A stretch of DNA of 63,336 bases, the filler included, from Chrysochromulina tobinii (taxonomy: Eukaryota), in NCBI GenBank assembly GCA_001275005.1. It is 5 parts of 5 records of this genome, joined end to end, with 100 filler letters (N's around TTAATTAATTAA, not from the genome) between each part and the next. Parts side by side here need not be neighbours in the genome. Positions count along the whole stretch, not along the records: positions 30,169 to 40,842 come from JWZX01000743.1; positions 40,943 to 57,280 come from JWZX01000744.1; 3 more parts are not named here. One strand, given 5' to 3'. The notes beneath the pieces were generated by a model, which saw only the letters and a list, made by a program, of their open reading frames with translations, had not been told where the DNA came from and ran no database searches. Shown in pieces: positions 32,628 through 44,140 of the stretch (the stretch's first letter is position 1; the number at the start of each line of letters is the position of its first letter). The position numbers were made by a program, and so were the translations under genes.

Positions 32628-33677
32628 TCACACAGGCGGCGGCATGTCGTCCTCATCGAGGCCATCGACGGCGTACGCCGTCGAGAAGAGCGCACTGAGG
32701 GCCTGCTGCCTGCCCGCCTCCTCATCCTCCTCGCCCACGAACGGCTCCTCTTCCGGCTGCTGCGCGAGGGGTCGCGGCGACGCGCTGGGGCCCTCCAGGG
32801 GCAACAGCGGCGGCGGCAGCGCCATCGCGGCCCGCAGCTCAACGGCGCCCGGCACGGCGCCAGTGAGCACGGGCGCGGCGTAGTCGGAGAGGAAGCCTCC
32901 GATGATCTCGGCGCGCTGCATGTCCGCGCGCTCCGCCGCCGCCTCGCCGCTCGCCTCGCGCTTCAGACGGCGCTCCTCGAGCCTCTCGAGGTAGATAGGG
33001 TTCTGGCCGACACCGAACATCGGGCACTCCCGACACCCGCGCGACGGGCAGTTGTTGCAGCGCATGCCCATGGCCGGGTTGTTGTAGAAGAGTGCCTTGG
33101 TCTTGGGCACCGCCAGCGCGCCGCCCGTCCATGCCTGCTTGAAGCTGCCGTAGTTGTTGATGGTCACGTCGCCCTCACGTGCCATACGCTCCTGCTCAAG
33201 GATCACGAGGTCCTCGTGCGACACGTAGTGGATGCAGTTGACCGGGCAAGTATCGATCGCGATTGCTATGTCCTCTACCGTGTCGCCGCCCTGCTGGTAC
33301 ACGCGCGCCTTGCCAAAGTCATCTTCCATGAAGAAGGTGTTCTTGGCGACGCACGCGCAGTTCTTGCAGCCTATACACGTCTGCTCGTCCACGTAGGTCA
33401 TGCGCGGGAGCACGGGCTTCTTGGTCTCCTCATCGAGCTCAAGGCGCATGTGCGATGGCACGCTCGTGTCCAGCACTTCGCGCGCGTCTACGCCGCTGTA
33501 TAGAACGTCGAGCATGGCTTCACGAATATCTCCGCCATCAGCCATGGCTGTCGGCCAGGCGCGTCTGCTATACAACGAGTGGACGCCGGTGGTGCTACCA
33601 GTGCTCCACAAGTGGGTGCTCACAGCCATTGGCATAACGTAGGCGCTGACGACGGCATGCGCGAGCGCTCCTGCCAT
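32628..33677 (-). CDS. 4Fe-4S ferredoxin-domain protein (DnaJ-Fer/CDJ3-type ferredoxin, no J domain), probably plastid-targeted
   Basis: YVDEQTCIGCKNCACVAKNTFFMEDDFGKARVYQQ...AIDTCPVNCIHYV; extra CNNCPSRGCRECP motif; N-terminal MAGALAHAVVSAY resembles a signal peptide. Confidence 0.85.
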   Translation of the reverse strand: MAGALAHAVVSAYVMPMAVSTHLWSTGSTTGVHSLYSRRAWPTAMADGGDIREAMLDVLYSGVDAREVLDTSVPSHMRLELDEETKKPVLPRMTYVDEQTCIGCKNCACVAKNTFFMEDDFGKARVYQQGGDTVEDIAIAIDTCPVNCIHYVSHEDLVILEQERMAREGDVTINNYGSFKQAWTGGALAVPKTKALFYNNPAMGMRCNNCPSRGCRECPMFGVGQNPIYLERLEERRLKREASGEAAAERADMQRAEIIGGFLSDYAAPVLTGAVPGAVELRAAMALPPPLLPLEGPSASPRPLAQQPEEEPFVGEEDEEAGRQQALSALFSTAYAVDGLDEDDMPPPV

Positions 33678-33782
33678 GCTGAACGCGAACTGGCAGATTC
33701 GCGCACGGAATCTTACTTGAGGGGCTAGCAGGGACATACAAGTCATCGGTTTCGTCGCGGTCCCCCCGCACAAAGTAGCTCC

Positions 33783-35138
33783 TCATGGCCCACGCCTAAT
33801 CTTTGGGTCCGTACCCCACAAATTCCAAAACTCGTACTCGTGCGGCCAGCAGCGCAGCTCGTCCTTGCCATCTGGTCCGCGTGCTTCCCGCAGACAATAG
33901 TCGGCGCGCAGTGAGCGCCACTCAACCTCGAGCAGCACATTCACGGTGCAGCAATGTTTTGCTAGGGGATCTCCTTCTGGCCAGAGCACGTACATTTTCC
34001 GCCGGGTGCTCAAGCAAGCGTTCGCCACGACGCTCCACTCAATGTTATCTGGCCCAGTCAGCATCGCCATCGTACTGGAGCGGTTCCCCAAGGCATGAAC
34101 AACCTCGGGGGCAGGAACGGAGAGGCCGCCTTTCTGTGGTGCCATAAGAAGAAGCCTTCTGCCCGCACGCGCTCTCATGGTGCATTGGCCTTCAACAGCC
34201 CATGGTTTCATCTTGCCCTTGAAGTGGACTGCATGCACGTGCGGGTGAGCAACAGGCCACAGGCACTCCTCCTCAATGTGACTCGCAATCGCCCCGCAGA
34301 TTACGCGACCGACGCGACCATGGCTGATGCAATCGCGGAACCCTGGTTTTCCAAGACCGTAGCGCGGAACTGCAACGTCGTAGAGATAGTTGCAAGGCAG
34401 CGTGTGCAGCTGCTGACGTTGGAAAAAGTAGCAGGTCAGGGGAAGCTGCTCGGAGAAGTGCTGAAGGTCGAAGCGGCTCATACTGCGTGCGTAGGCGATG
34501 GCTCCATCGTGCAGCGCCTCGTTTGGACGCAACGCCAATAGTGCACCGACGCCTCGCTGCGGGAGCGGAATGCCGCATTTCGAGCCTTGCGCCAAGTCAT
34601 AGGGGTGCCGAGCTATTGTCAGCCCTTGCTGCGGCACCGCGAAGAGATCGCTCATGTCTCGGAGGATGAGCATGTCTGCATCAATCAAGACCAGTGCCTG
34701 GTATTGGGTGAAGTTCATCGCGCGCAACTTGTCAGCTGATGGTATGCCGCTGATGACATGCGCAACCACGATCTGCTTGATTTCGAACCGCTTCGCTGCC
34801 GCTTCAAACAACCTCGCCCAGGTTTTCCTGAGAGGAAACGCTCGACAGTCTGAACGTTGGCACGAAGAAATGATCGACTGCACATACTCATCTATCAGCA
34901 GGAGCACGTCGCGTTTGCAAGCAACTTCTGTAATCCGCAGGGACTCCAACATGACTTGAAGCAACCGCAACTGTGTATTCATGCGGGGTATCAGCGTTTT
35001 TTGGCGTGTGATTTCTGTGCTCGTTGCGTTGCTATCCTTGTGCACCGTCAGAATCGTGACGAATGCTGTCGCATCAGCGCAACGTGGGAGTGCAAGCGGA
35101 CTCAAGCGTGGTAGCAAGGTCATCTGCCCGGGCTGCAT
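33783..35138 (-). CDS. Glycosyltransferase family 8 (glycogenin-like)
   Basis: AFVTIL; DKLRAMNFTQYQALVLIDADMLILRDMSDLF (DxD); SEQ; YLY; VHFKGKMKPW. Confidence 0.85.
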   Translation of the reverse strand: MQPGQMTLLPRLSPLALPRCADATAFVTILTVHKDSNATSTEITRQKTLIPRMNTQLRLLQVMLESLRITEVACKRDVLLLIDEYVQSIISSCQRSDCRAFPLRKTWARLFEAAAKRFEIKQIVVAHVISGIPSADKLRAMNFTQYQALVLIDADMLILRDMSDLFAVPQQGLTIARHPYDLAQGSKCGIPLPQRGVGALLALRPNEALHDGAIAYARSMSRFDLQHFSEQLPLTCYFFQRQQLHTLPCNYLYDVAVPRYGLGKPGFRDCISHGRVGRVICGAIASHIEEECLWPVAHPHVHAVHFKGKMKPWAVEGQCTMRARAGRRLLLMAPQKGGLSVPAPEVVHALGNRSSTMAMLTGPDNIEWSVVANACLSTRRKMYVLWPEGDPLAKHCCTVNVLLEVEWRSLRADYCLREARGPDGKDELRCWPHEYEFWNLWGTDPKIRRGP

Positions 35139-35335
35139 GTTCCCGCTCCCCCGCCGGCGCACGACACCCGACCGGCGGTATACCGGTAAAAATACTGTAC
35201 ATATAGGCGAAACCTTGGCTGAAACGGCTCCCTTTTTTGGCGGGACTCGCGGAGTCCAAGGTTGGGCACCGATTGCAACCAATTCGCAAATGCCCAAAAA
35301 GGGGAGGTGTGATTGGGCCCAAACCTTCACAACGT

Positions 35336-35791
35336 ATGTTCAAGGACGAGGAGCTTTTGCCCTTCTTGGCACAGCATGGCAAGTTGGTCCTCGCCTTCCT
35401 CTTGACGCTTCTGGCGCTGCTCGTCTACCTGAACATTCGGTTTTATCAGCGGTGGCTGCGACATCGCGCCGGCGAGGACGATAATGCACCAAATATTGAC
35501 TGGTCTCAGAATATGGATGAGCTTGAGTTGGACTTTCCGCTCCCGCTGGGCGCAACGAGCAAGGACGTCGAGTGTCGCATCACCTCGACGACGCTGTGCT
35601 TCGCGTTCAAGAATTGCGATCGTCCAGTCGAGCTCGAAGGCACGCTGTATCGAAACGTGCGGCCTGATGAGTGCAACTGGCAGCTGTGGCCTATCAGCAA
35701 GCCGACACACGTGAAGCTGTCGCTCGTCAAGGCGAATATGGGTCATTGGAAAGATGTACTGCAAGACCACACGAATAAAAAGGCTGAGTAG
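35336..35791 (+). CDS. CS (p23/NudC-like) domain protein with N-terminal transmembrane helix
   Basis: LVLAFLLTLLALLVYL, then WSQNMDELELDFPLPLGATSKDVECRI...LEGTLYRNVRPDECNWQL...LSLVKA...W. Confidence 0.85.
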   Translation: MFKDEELLPFLAQHGKLVLAFLLTLLALLVYLNIRFYQRWLRHRAGEDDNAPNIDWSQNMDELELDFPLPLGATSKDVECRITSTTLCFAFKNCDRPVELEGTLYRNVRPDECNWQLWPISKPTHVKLSLVKANMGHWKDVLQDHTNKKAE

Positions 35792-36805
35792 ATTGAGTAG
35801 ATAGTGCGCGTGCATGTTGGATATGTGGAAATGTGTCGCCTTGCAAGAGCTGCGGGGTCCGTATCGCCCGCATAGCGCGGGTCGCCCTCCCAAGCCGCGT
35901 CGCCTCCCCAGGAGCAGGACGCCAGTAATCTGTTTGCCGAAATGCACACACACACACGCCAGCGACCACCGTCGGGAGGCCGGCCCGCAAGCCACCTTGC
36001 CTCAGCACAATGGCGAGTCCTCGGCAGACCGAATGAGTGCCGGTATCCGTCTGACCCAGGCGGTCTGACCGCGTCTCTGCACCGCTGGCCGTCATCTCCG
36101 GCTGCTCAGTGCTCTCGGTGGCCGCGCGCGCCGGGATTCTCCTTAGTTTTTCCATTGATATCGCTCTCATGCCCGATACAAGGGGCGTATAGCCTGGCGT
36201 ATAGCCTGCGTATACGGCTATACACCCCCGGTGCACGGTGCCCCCGGTCCCGTCGGTTCTCCATCTGTCTGACTGTCCACCACGGCAAGGGCACCACCGG
36301 TCCACCATGGATGCCATGGTCTGAAAAATCCGGGCACACCAGCCCAGGCTGAGGACGAAGCTCCAGGATGAGGAGGCTCCAGGAGGCCAGCTGCCTCCTA
36401 CTTGTAGCCCAACGGTAAATTTGTTGTACCAACGGTAGTTTTGTTGTACCGGTATCTTAGTCACCGGGCCGCCGGCTACCCGAAGCACCCAAACTTCCTC
36501 TATATTACCTCCTACACTACCTATACAGTAATGTCTGAATACCCGGACGCTTTTGTATAGCGACAACGGACATATTTCGCGTCGTTGCAAGCGACGTCGC
36601 GAGCACAAAGTGAGGTGGTTTCCTCGCCATATCTACAACCGTTTCTGTGGTCCTGTTACATGTTTTGTCGTAGACGGCCCCGTCGGTCACACCTCCGTCC
36701 ATTGCGATATCCGGATAGAGGGGCCGGGGAACGATAGAGTGTGTGTAGAGTGTGAGCGTTCGTGTTTCACAGCAGGCAACAGCAGACCTCGCGTCTCTTC
36801 GTGGC

Positions 36806-37486
36806 ATGGCTGCGCTGCTGCTTCGCTGCCGCTTGGCTTCTCGCCTGGCGAAGCCGGAGACGCTACGATGCGGACTCCGTGCACTCTCCTCGCGTCTTCC
36901 GCCGGGCGGCGTGCAGCTCACCGAGTCGCAGCAGCGTCAGGATCGCATGGAGGAAGAGCTGGAGGAAAAGATTTGGGAGAAGCTGCATGCGACGCCAGAG
37001 CCACGACTCCGCTCCGAGGTGCCGCTGCCACCGACCACTCACCGAGAGTCGTGGACCCCCGCCGCACTCGTCTCCGACCAACCGGCCGAGAACGTCCTCA
37101 ACTTCTCGTCGCGCTTTTACATCGACGCGTCCGGCGAGCAGCCCGCATGGGCAAACAAGGTGGAGCTCTCCGTCAAGGTTGCGCAGCTGGGACTGAGCGA
37201 GCTCGAGCAACGCCGCCTTGTGGCGGTCGCGGCTCGGCAGTACGATCGCAAACGCCGAGAGCTTCGCTTCACCTGCCGGCTTCACGCTGAGGTGGCCAAG
37301 AACAAACAGGAGCTGCGGGCAACGCTAGGAAAGCTCCTCGCGGACGCGCGCGAGCATGCGGCGGCGCACGCGCAGACGCCGGACTCACAGCTACCACTCG
37401 CCTTGCGGCAGCGGCCCTGGCACGCGCGCGACCCCAGGGCTTACAAAGGCTACTCGAGATTCCGAGAGCGCAGCCGGGCGTGTTAG
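36806..37486 (+). CDS. MRPS35: Mitochondrial small ribosomal subunit protein mS35
   Basis: Arg/Leu/Ala-rich presequence; NKVELSVKVAQLGLSELEQRRLVAVAARQYD...LRFTC...KNKQELRATLGKLLADA fits the MRP-S28/mS35 domain. Confidence 0.8.
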   Translation: MAALLLRCRLASRLAKPETLRCGLRALSSRLPPGGVQLTESQQRQDRMEEELEEKIWEKLHATPEPRLRSEVPLPPTTHRESWTPAALVSDQPAENVLNFSSRFYIDASGEQPAWANKVELSVKVAQLGLSELEQRRLVAVAARQYDRKRRELRFTCRLHAEVAKNKQELRATLGKLLADAREHAAAHAQTPDSQLPLALRQRPWHARDPRAYKGYSRFRERSRAC

Positions 37487-37620
37487 AGGTGCGACCCGGG
37501 TCGAGTCTCTGTCCCGCCGTCTCTGACGCTGATCGCCAATGTGTGGTGGCGGGGACCGGGGCGACGGGGTTCCTTGTGTGTTCGGTGTGAATTCGAGAGT
37601 CGGTTCATTTTCTCTTCCCC

Positions 37621-40152
37621 ATGCGGAGGACCACGACGGAGGCTCTGCTCGGCAACTTTTCGTTCCCGCCGCTAGTGCTGCACGGCGACCCGCTGGCCGC
37701 GGCGCTCATCGCACGCAGCCCCGCGGGCACCCTCTCGCTGCACACTCTGCGGGCGGCGCTCATGCTCAACTCGACTCGGATCTCGACGATCCTGACGTCC
37801 ATGTTCCCTGAGGGCGACGGGCAGTTGAGCCTGGCCGACTTCCTTTCCATGCTCGCAGCGCTCGGCCTGCACGCCGAAGGTCACCGGCGTCTCGAAGAGG
37901 AGCTCTTCGAGAAGCATCTCGACTCGGGTGACGGCACCACGTCCGCGCACAAGCTCCTCGAGTTTGTGGTCGGCCGAGAGGGGATGAAGGCGCGCAAGAA
38001 GCGGCGTGAGCCGCGGCTCGTCGTGGAACTGCCCGAGCTGCCCACGGGCCCCAACCCGCCCAAGAAGTCGGCGGCCAAGCGCGGCGCGCACGGCGGCCGC
38101 GTGGACTTTGCTGCCGCAGTCGCGGAGATCGTTGCATCCCCCAAGGGGCACGGCTCCCCGGTCGCCGCGGCGCGCGCGCTGATCGGAAGCACTAGTTTAC
38201 CGTCGTACTTCCCGGGCATGCAGCTCCCAGGCAGGCCCAACGCGGGCAAGCCGCAGCTCGCCCCGGCCGGGCCGAGACCTGCGAACGCCGCGCGGCTCGG
38301 CCCGTCGCCACTGCCGCCGCCGCCACCGCCGCCGCCGCCACCGCCGTCGAGCTCGTCCGAGGTTCGATCTCCGGCGCCGCCGCCCTCGAGATCCCAAAGT
38401 ACGCCGCAAAGCACGCCGCACGGTCGCGAGGCCACCGTCCTGCCGCCGCCCGCGGGGCCCTCGGCAGACCCGACGAACCCGACGAACCCGACGAACCCGA
38501 CGAACCCGACGGACCCGACGGACCCGACGAACCCCTATGGCCCGTATCGGATCGAACTCGATGCCGGCGGTGTGCTGCTCGCGCTGGATCTCTGGGGCGC
38601 CCGACACGGCGCCCCGGAGACGCGCGAGCCGGTCGACGACGGAGGCGCCGTGTCGGGCAGCCCCACGCTCTCTCCTGACCCAGCGGGCTCGCCTGGCGAC
38701 GAGGCGGCAGGGAGCGGCAGCAGACCGACGGAGGGCCGCTCGCCAAAGTCGCACCCAAGGCGACGCAAGAGCCCCTCGCCCGGCCGCGTGCATTTCGCCC
38801 AACACGACGCGCGAGTCATCACGCCGCTGCCGCGCCCGGCCATCGGGAAGCAGTCGAGCTCGGAGATGCGCAGTGCGGGCGCGATCGCCTTCGGAAAGGC
38901 CGCACGGCCCTGTGCGCCCTGTGCGCTGCCAGAGGGCACGCCGAGCGCCGCGCCGAGCGCCAACGCGTTGGCGGCGGAGTCGACTTCAGAGGCCGCCGCG
39001 CATAGCGGTGAGCGCCACCGCTCGCTCAAGTTGCCTCGCTCCGTACGGCGGCGCGATGTGATCACGCAGGCCGAAGTGCTCCATACGGTCGCGGAGGAAG
39101 CTGCCGAGAGGGCGGCCGCCGAGGAGGCGGCCGCAAAGGAGGCTGCAGCGAAGCAGAAGCTGGGCGAGAAGCCGAGCTGGGCCAAGGCGAAGTCGCTCGG
39201 CGGGCTGCTGGGCAAGCTGGCCAGTGCGGCGCAAGGCGAGGGCCAGCTGGCTAGGGAGGCGGAGAAGATTGCCTCCCCTGCCGAGGTTTCGTCACTGCTC
39301 GAGACGATCTCGGAGGTGATTGACGAGCTGATGAACACACTGAGTGACTGGGACTCGGACTTCAAGGGCGATGGGACTGTCTCGAAGCGTGACTTCCGGC
39401 GTGCGCTCCCACTGCACGGCATCTCCGCCGAGCGGCACGTCGTCGACGCCCTCTTCGCCTCTCTCTTGCCCAAGGACGAGGCGCCCACTTCAGCGCCCAC
39501 TGCAGGCTCAGCTAGCGCCGCCCAACACGGCGCCACTGGGACGCTGGGCGCCGCCCCGAGCACCTCTCCACCCTCTCCACCGAGCCCAGTGCACACCGAG
39601 AGGAGCACCGACTCGAAGCGCGGCCCGACGATGGAGCTGTGGCTCCTCGATCGCGGCATCCGGTGGGCGCCTGGCTCGAAGGCGAAGCGCTCGAAGCTGC
39701 TCGCCGGTCCGCAGGCGGGCCTCTTCCAGGACGCCCGCAGGACGGTCGTCGAGCAGCTGCGCGATGCGCTCGTGGCGAACTCGATGCGCGTGATCGACCT
39801 CTTCCGCGAATGGGACGACGACGGCGACGGCGAGATCACCAAGGAGGAATTCCGCAAGGCCATCCCGCGCCTCGGGCTCGTCGGTCACTCGGACTCGATC
39901 GACACGCTCTTTGACGAATTCGATCTCGACCACGGAGGCACGATCACGTTCCGCGAGCTCAACAAGCAGCTACGCCGCGACGTCAAGACCGAAAAGGTGG
40001 TCAGGGACGGTGTCAAGGTGGAGAAGGGCGTCGAGATTGCCGACGTGGCCGCGCTCCGCCGCTCGATCAAGTACGGGCTGCTCAACATAGTGAACACCGA
40101 GTGCTTCAGCATTGACCTATTCACGGGCGAGCGCAAGTACTCCGGGCTGTGA
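37621..40152 (+). CDS. EF-hand calcium-binding protein (843 aa) with Pro-rich middle
   Basis: VIDLFREWDDDGDGEITKEEFRKAI and LFDEFDLDHGGTITFRELNKQL; degenerate hands near DGDGQLSLADF and KGDGTVSKRDF; (PTN/PTD)n 9-nt repeat at ~38468-38533. Confidence 0.85.
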   Translation: MRRTTTEALLGNFSFPPLVLHGDPLAAALIARSPAGTLSLHTLRAALMLNSTRISTILTSMFPEGDGQLSLADFLSMLAALGLHAEGHRRLEEELFEKHLDSGDGTTSAHKLLEFVVGREGMKARKKRREPRLVVELPELPTGPNPPKKSAAKRGAHGGRVDFAAAVAEIVASPKGHGSPVAAARALIGSTSLPSYFPGMQLPGRPNAGKPQLAPAGPRPANAARLGPSPLPPPPPPPPPPPSSSSEVRSPAPPPSRSQSTPQSTPHGREATVLPPPAGPSADPTNPTNPTNPTNPTDPTDPTNPYGPYRIELDAGGVLLALDLWGARHGAPETREPVDDGGAVSGSPTLSPDPAGSPGDEAAGSGSRPTEGRSPKSHPRRRKSPSPGRVHFAQHDARVITPLPRPAIGKQSSSEMRSAGAIAFGKAARPCAPCALPEGTPSAAPSANALAAESTSEAAAHSGERHRSLKLPRSVRRRDVITQAEVLHTVAEEAAERAAAEEAAAKEAAAKQKLGEKPSWAKAKSLGGLLGKLASAAQGEGQLAREAEKIASPAEVSSLLETISEVIDELMNTLSDWDSDFKGDGTVSKRDFRRALPLHGISAERHVVDALFASLLPKDEAPTSAPTAGSASAAQHGATGTLGAAPSTSPPSPPSPVHTERSTDSKRGPTMELWLLDRGIRWAPGSKAKRSKLLAGPQAGLFQDARRTVVEQLRDALVANSMRVIDLFREWDDDGDGEITKEEFRKAIPRLGLVGHSDSIDTLFDEFDLDHGGTITFRELNKQLRRDVKTEKVVRDGVKVEKGVEIADVAALRRSIKYGLLNIVNTECFSIDLFTGERKYSGL

Positions 40153-40842
40153 GAACGCGGGCGCGCGACCACGTCTAGAAGTTACATGAGCGATCCGATA
40201 GTGCGACTCGGGCCGGAGAGTACGGCCCTATTATGATTATTGATTATGTATGTTGCGTTTCTGATAGAAAATCGGTACTAAAATGTAAAGATAATGGCGG
40301 CGCCGGTGCTGGGCGAGTCCGAGTGCCATAACGATCGCCCATAAGCATAAGCCATAACGATTGCGCGTCAAAGCTTACTGCTTAGTCAAAGCGAAAGCCC
40401 CCCCGGGGACAGAGCAGCCGAACGCAAGGGCGGTCACACCCGGCGGGGAGGGCGGCGGCGGTGGCGGGTGGGAGGCGTGGGACTCGGGACTGCCCTCGAG
40501 CCCGGGGACAGTGGCGAGGGCGGTCACACCCGTAGGAATCCGCAATCCCGGCGGCGTAAAACGGTAAAACGGCGGCGGTGGGACGGCGATCGGGGCGGAG
40601 CGGAAACATGGAGCGGAGTGTCCGGAACCTGAGGCGTGGGGGCACCTCGGACCTCTCAGCTGTTGGCACCGCACGGTGGTACGGTGGGATGCCGAAGCCT
40701 AACACGTGGTGCATCCCACCGATGTTGCGATGTCCGATGAGTGTACAATGTATGCGCACCGCCGTCACCATTGGCGCGCGACGTGGGCAACCCGATGCTC
40801 GGCGCCGTCGAGATGTCGCCGTACGTCAAGGCCCTCTTCGCG

Positions 40843-40942
40843 NNNNNNNNNNNNNNNNNNNNNNNNNNNNNNNNNNNNNNNNNNNNTTAATTAATTAANN
40901 NNNNNNNNNNNNNNNNNNNNNNNNNNNNNNNNNNNNNNNNNN
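40843..40942. other. Artificial contig spacer
   Basis: N44-TTAATTAATTAA-N44. Confidence 0.99.
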
Positions 40943-42946
40943 TCATCCCCTCTCGACTCGCGCCGTACCGGCTGCTCCGCTGAGCGTGACCCGCGACACG
41001 CGAAGGGAAGGGACGCGCGCGCCGCTCCTCTCGCTGAGGAACCCACGACTGTCGAGCTCTCTGGCGGTGCTGCTCACCCGGCCGAGTTCGTCGCATTTTG
41101 TTGCGATCACGATGACAGCTTCACCGACATTGTGATCCGTGTTGAGCACAAGGCCTTTGTTGCACATCGAAATGTGCTCGCAGCTGCGTCACCGTTCATG
41201 CGTGTCCACTTAAAGCAGCAGAACTTCGCGGACAGCGGCACCCGTGAGCTCGTTATCTCCGATCTCAGCGCGGTGGCCTTCGAGGTCGCGCTCGAGTTTG
41301 TCTACAAGGGCAAGGCGATGCTCAAGGACGACACTCGATTGCAGAGCGTGCTTGAGGCTGCGTCGCGGCTTGAGATCGCGCCGCTGCTCGAGGCGGTGAG
41401 CGCTGCCATACAGCATCGTCTAACGTGTGCGAACAGCGTCGACATTTGGGATCTGGCCGCTCACCTTCAACCGAGGCCTTGATTTGATCGATGCAGGGAG
41501 CCTCTCCTCGATGAACTCGTATAACACGCTCCGGCCGGTCGGGAGAAAAAATGCTAGCTGGCCACACTCGAGACATCAGCCCGGCGGATGTGCCTCAGGC
41601 GCTTTGAGGCGCTGGTCGAAAACCCAAGCTTCCTAGGCCTGTCGCGCGAGCGGCTGCTCGCTCTGGTAAGCGACGATGAGCTCAGCGTTAAGTCTGAGCG
41701 GATCGTGTTCGAGGCTGTGCTGCAGTGGGCGCGTCACCATGGAGCAACCTCCGACGGGCAGCTCGCCGAGCTGCTTGCACCCGTGCGCTTCGGGTTCATG
41801 CCGCGGGAGCAGCTGCAGTACGTGCTGTCGGAACCGCTCGTGAAGGCGTCGCCCATGGTGCTGATCGATGTGGCGTCCGCCCTTGCCGATAAGCACGATG
41901 CGACTCCCCAGATGGCGCGAAGCTCTCCACGTCAGGGCTGCCAGCTCATCTACTTGATTGGGTTCAGCAGCAAAGACGGAACGAAAGACTCTCCCGTCTA
42001 CGGTCGACTGTGCAAACGATTTGATCCGGTCACGAGCGCTGTGACTTCAATCGCGCCTCTGCCGGAGTATCACGATGCAGTGTCAGCGGCCGCTCTTGGT
42101 GGCAACATTTACGTGGTTGCGTCCATTGTGGACAAATTTACGTGGGATCGAGAAGGGCGTTTTCTATTAGACCGAGGACGAATGGCGATGCTGCGCTACG
42201 ACGAGGCCAAGGATGAATGGCGCACACTCTCTCCCCCGACGACTTATCACGGCGAAGCAAGGGCGTGTGCCGCTGCTCTGGATTGCAAGATCTACTTGGC
42301 TGGAGGTGGCAACCCGGCAATCGCTGACGTTGAGGCATACGACCCGACGACCGACACTTGGCAACCGGTCGCGCCTATGAATGTAGCGCGCAGATACTTT
42401 GGCCTTGTGGCGGCGCAAGGATGCCTATTCGCCATCGGCGGTATGAACGATGGTGATGATCCTGATGAAGCAAGCGTCGAGAAGTACGATCCCAAGACCA
42501 ATGCGTGGACTCTCGTGCGTGCCATGCCACGCGGCATGAATGACATGGCTGCAGCAGTCGTGGGTAGCGGTGAAATGACAGCAATTGTTACAATTGGAGG
42601 CGAAATGTTTGCCCCGGACGGTGGTGTCACCCAAGACGGCGAAGACGTTGGTACTGCTGTGACCGATGCGTGCTACGCATACTACCCGGATGTCGATGAA
42701 TGGGAGCCAGGAGTTTCTGGCCGACTCCCATGCGCCGCCGCAGCCATTGGAGTCGCCGAAGTGGGTGGCACCCTCTGGCTCTTTGGAGGCTTTGATCGCC
42801 ACGACCACGACATCGGCACGATTTCTTGTCAACGTCCTGGACCGATTGACCCTCTGTGCGTACACTGGGGCACGTTTGAGCCCATCACGGCGGTCAAGCA
42901 CTTGGAGATGCCACCTGGGCGCATCTTATGCGTGACAGATGCGTGA
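40943..42946 (+). CDS. BTB-BACK-Kelch (KLHL-like) protein, 5'-partial, interrupted by 87 nt at 41471-41557
   Basis: FTDIVIRV...FVAHRNVLAAASPF...LEFVYKG (BTB); FLGLS...LVSDDELSVKSERIVFEAVLQW...VRF (BACK); IYLAGGG...VEAYDPTTDTW...PMNVAR and LFAIGG...VEKYDPKTNAW (Kelch). Confidence 0.9.
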
Positions 42947-43514
42947 TGTTCGCTCATATAGGTCAAAGCGCGTGACGCCCGACGGTGACGCTATTGCTCG
43001 TCTCGAACTCGATCTCACGACTGGGCTGAGCGACCTTAGGTGTTGCTAGGACAGACGTGGGAGAGTCACATGTGAGGTGAAGGTGCAAGGTGAGTGTGCA
43101 CAAGACCACAGTACTGTGAGATTACATGCCTCCCTTGCGCGAGGCGCGAGCGATCAATATTAGTTCTGACGAGTTATCAAGCAGGGCAGCTGTTGAGCCC
43201 CTGTTGAAATGCTAATCATCTGAGTCCCAGCCGGCAGAGAGAGAGTCGAGAACCTCGGGGCGGCTGCTGCGTATAAACTTGTCCATCTTGGTTCTTGCAT
43301 CATTCACATTCTTCATCGTCGGCATCGAGGTCGAGAAGGTGGACAAGTTTAGTCGGCGGCGTTCTAGAAGGGTTTAGTACCGTACGTCTACGTGGCGTGG
43401 CGCATCGCCGCGTTCACCGTTCTGCGTACCACTGCGCTGCGTTCTGATCGACTGACTGACTACCGACTGTGTACGCGACGTGCGGCCCGGTGTCTTCGAA
43501 AAATAATGAGCATG

Positions 43515-44099
43515 CTAATCAGAGAGCACGACCACGTCTTCGGGTGGCGGCAAACTACCCGCCCGTCGCTTCGCGCTTGGCTTTCCGACTGGTGCTTTGC
43601 GTGCGGCTGGGGCCGCCGGCGCGGGCGCACTCGCCTTCTCTGGCGAGGCGAGGAGGTCGCACTCAGCGGTTTGGACGCAGCGCGGTGCCAGCACAGCATC
43701 ATAGAAGGTGAAGAGGGCGCTCGCCGCCACGCGCAACGCCTCTGATGCCGCCTCGTCCTCGTCGTCCGCGCCCGCGATGGCGCCCGCGTCCCCTCGGGGT
43801 TCGTCGCTCTCGCCTTGGGTCACGTGCTGGCTCGCCTGCTGACTCACGACGTCCTGGCTACCGCCGCCGCCCGCTGCTCGACACGGCGCTGCTCGACCCG
43901 CGCCGCCCGCCGCGCCACCGCTCCGCCGCTCAAACTTTCGGAGCCGTCGCTGCAGGTCGCCAAGTGCAGCACACGTGGCTCGGAGACTCGGGCCGTCCCC
44001 AAGCAGCCCCAGCCGCACCAGCCGCCGCGTGGCCGCGAAGCAGGTCGCCACAACTAAGAACCACTCCTGCCGCAACGGCCGCAACGGGCGGCGGCGGCG

Positions 44100-44140
<41 letters not shown>

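Noticed and set aside
44088..44140. Programmed frameshift in the FHA gene
   Set aside because: The break lies in a (GGC)n run with irregular extra bases; assembly error is the simpler explanation.
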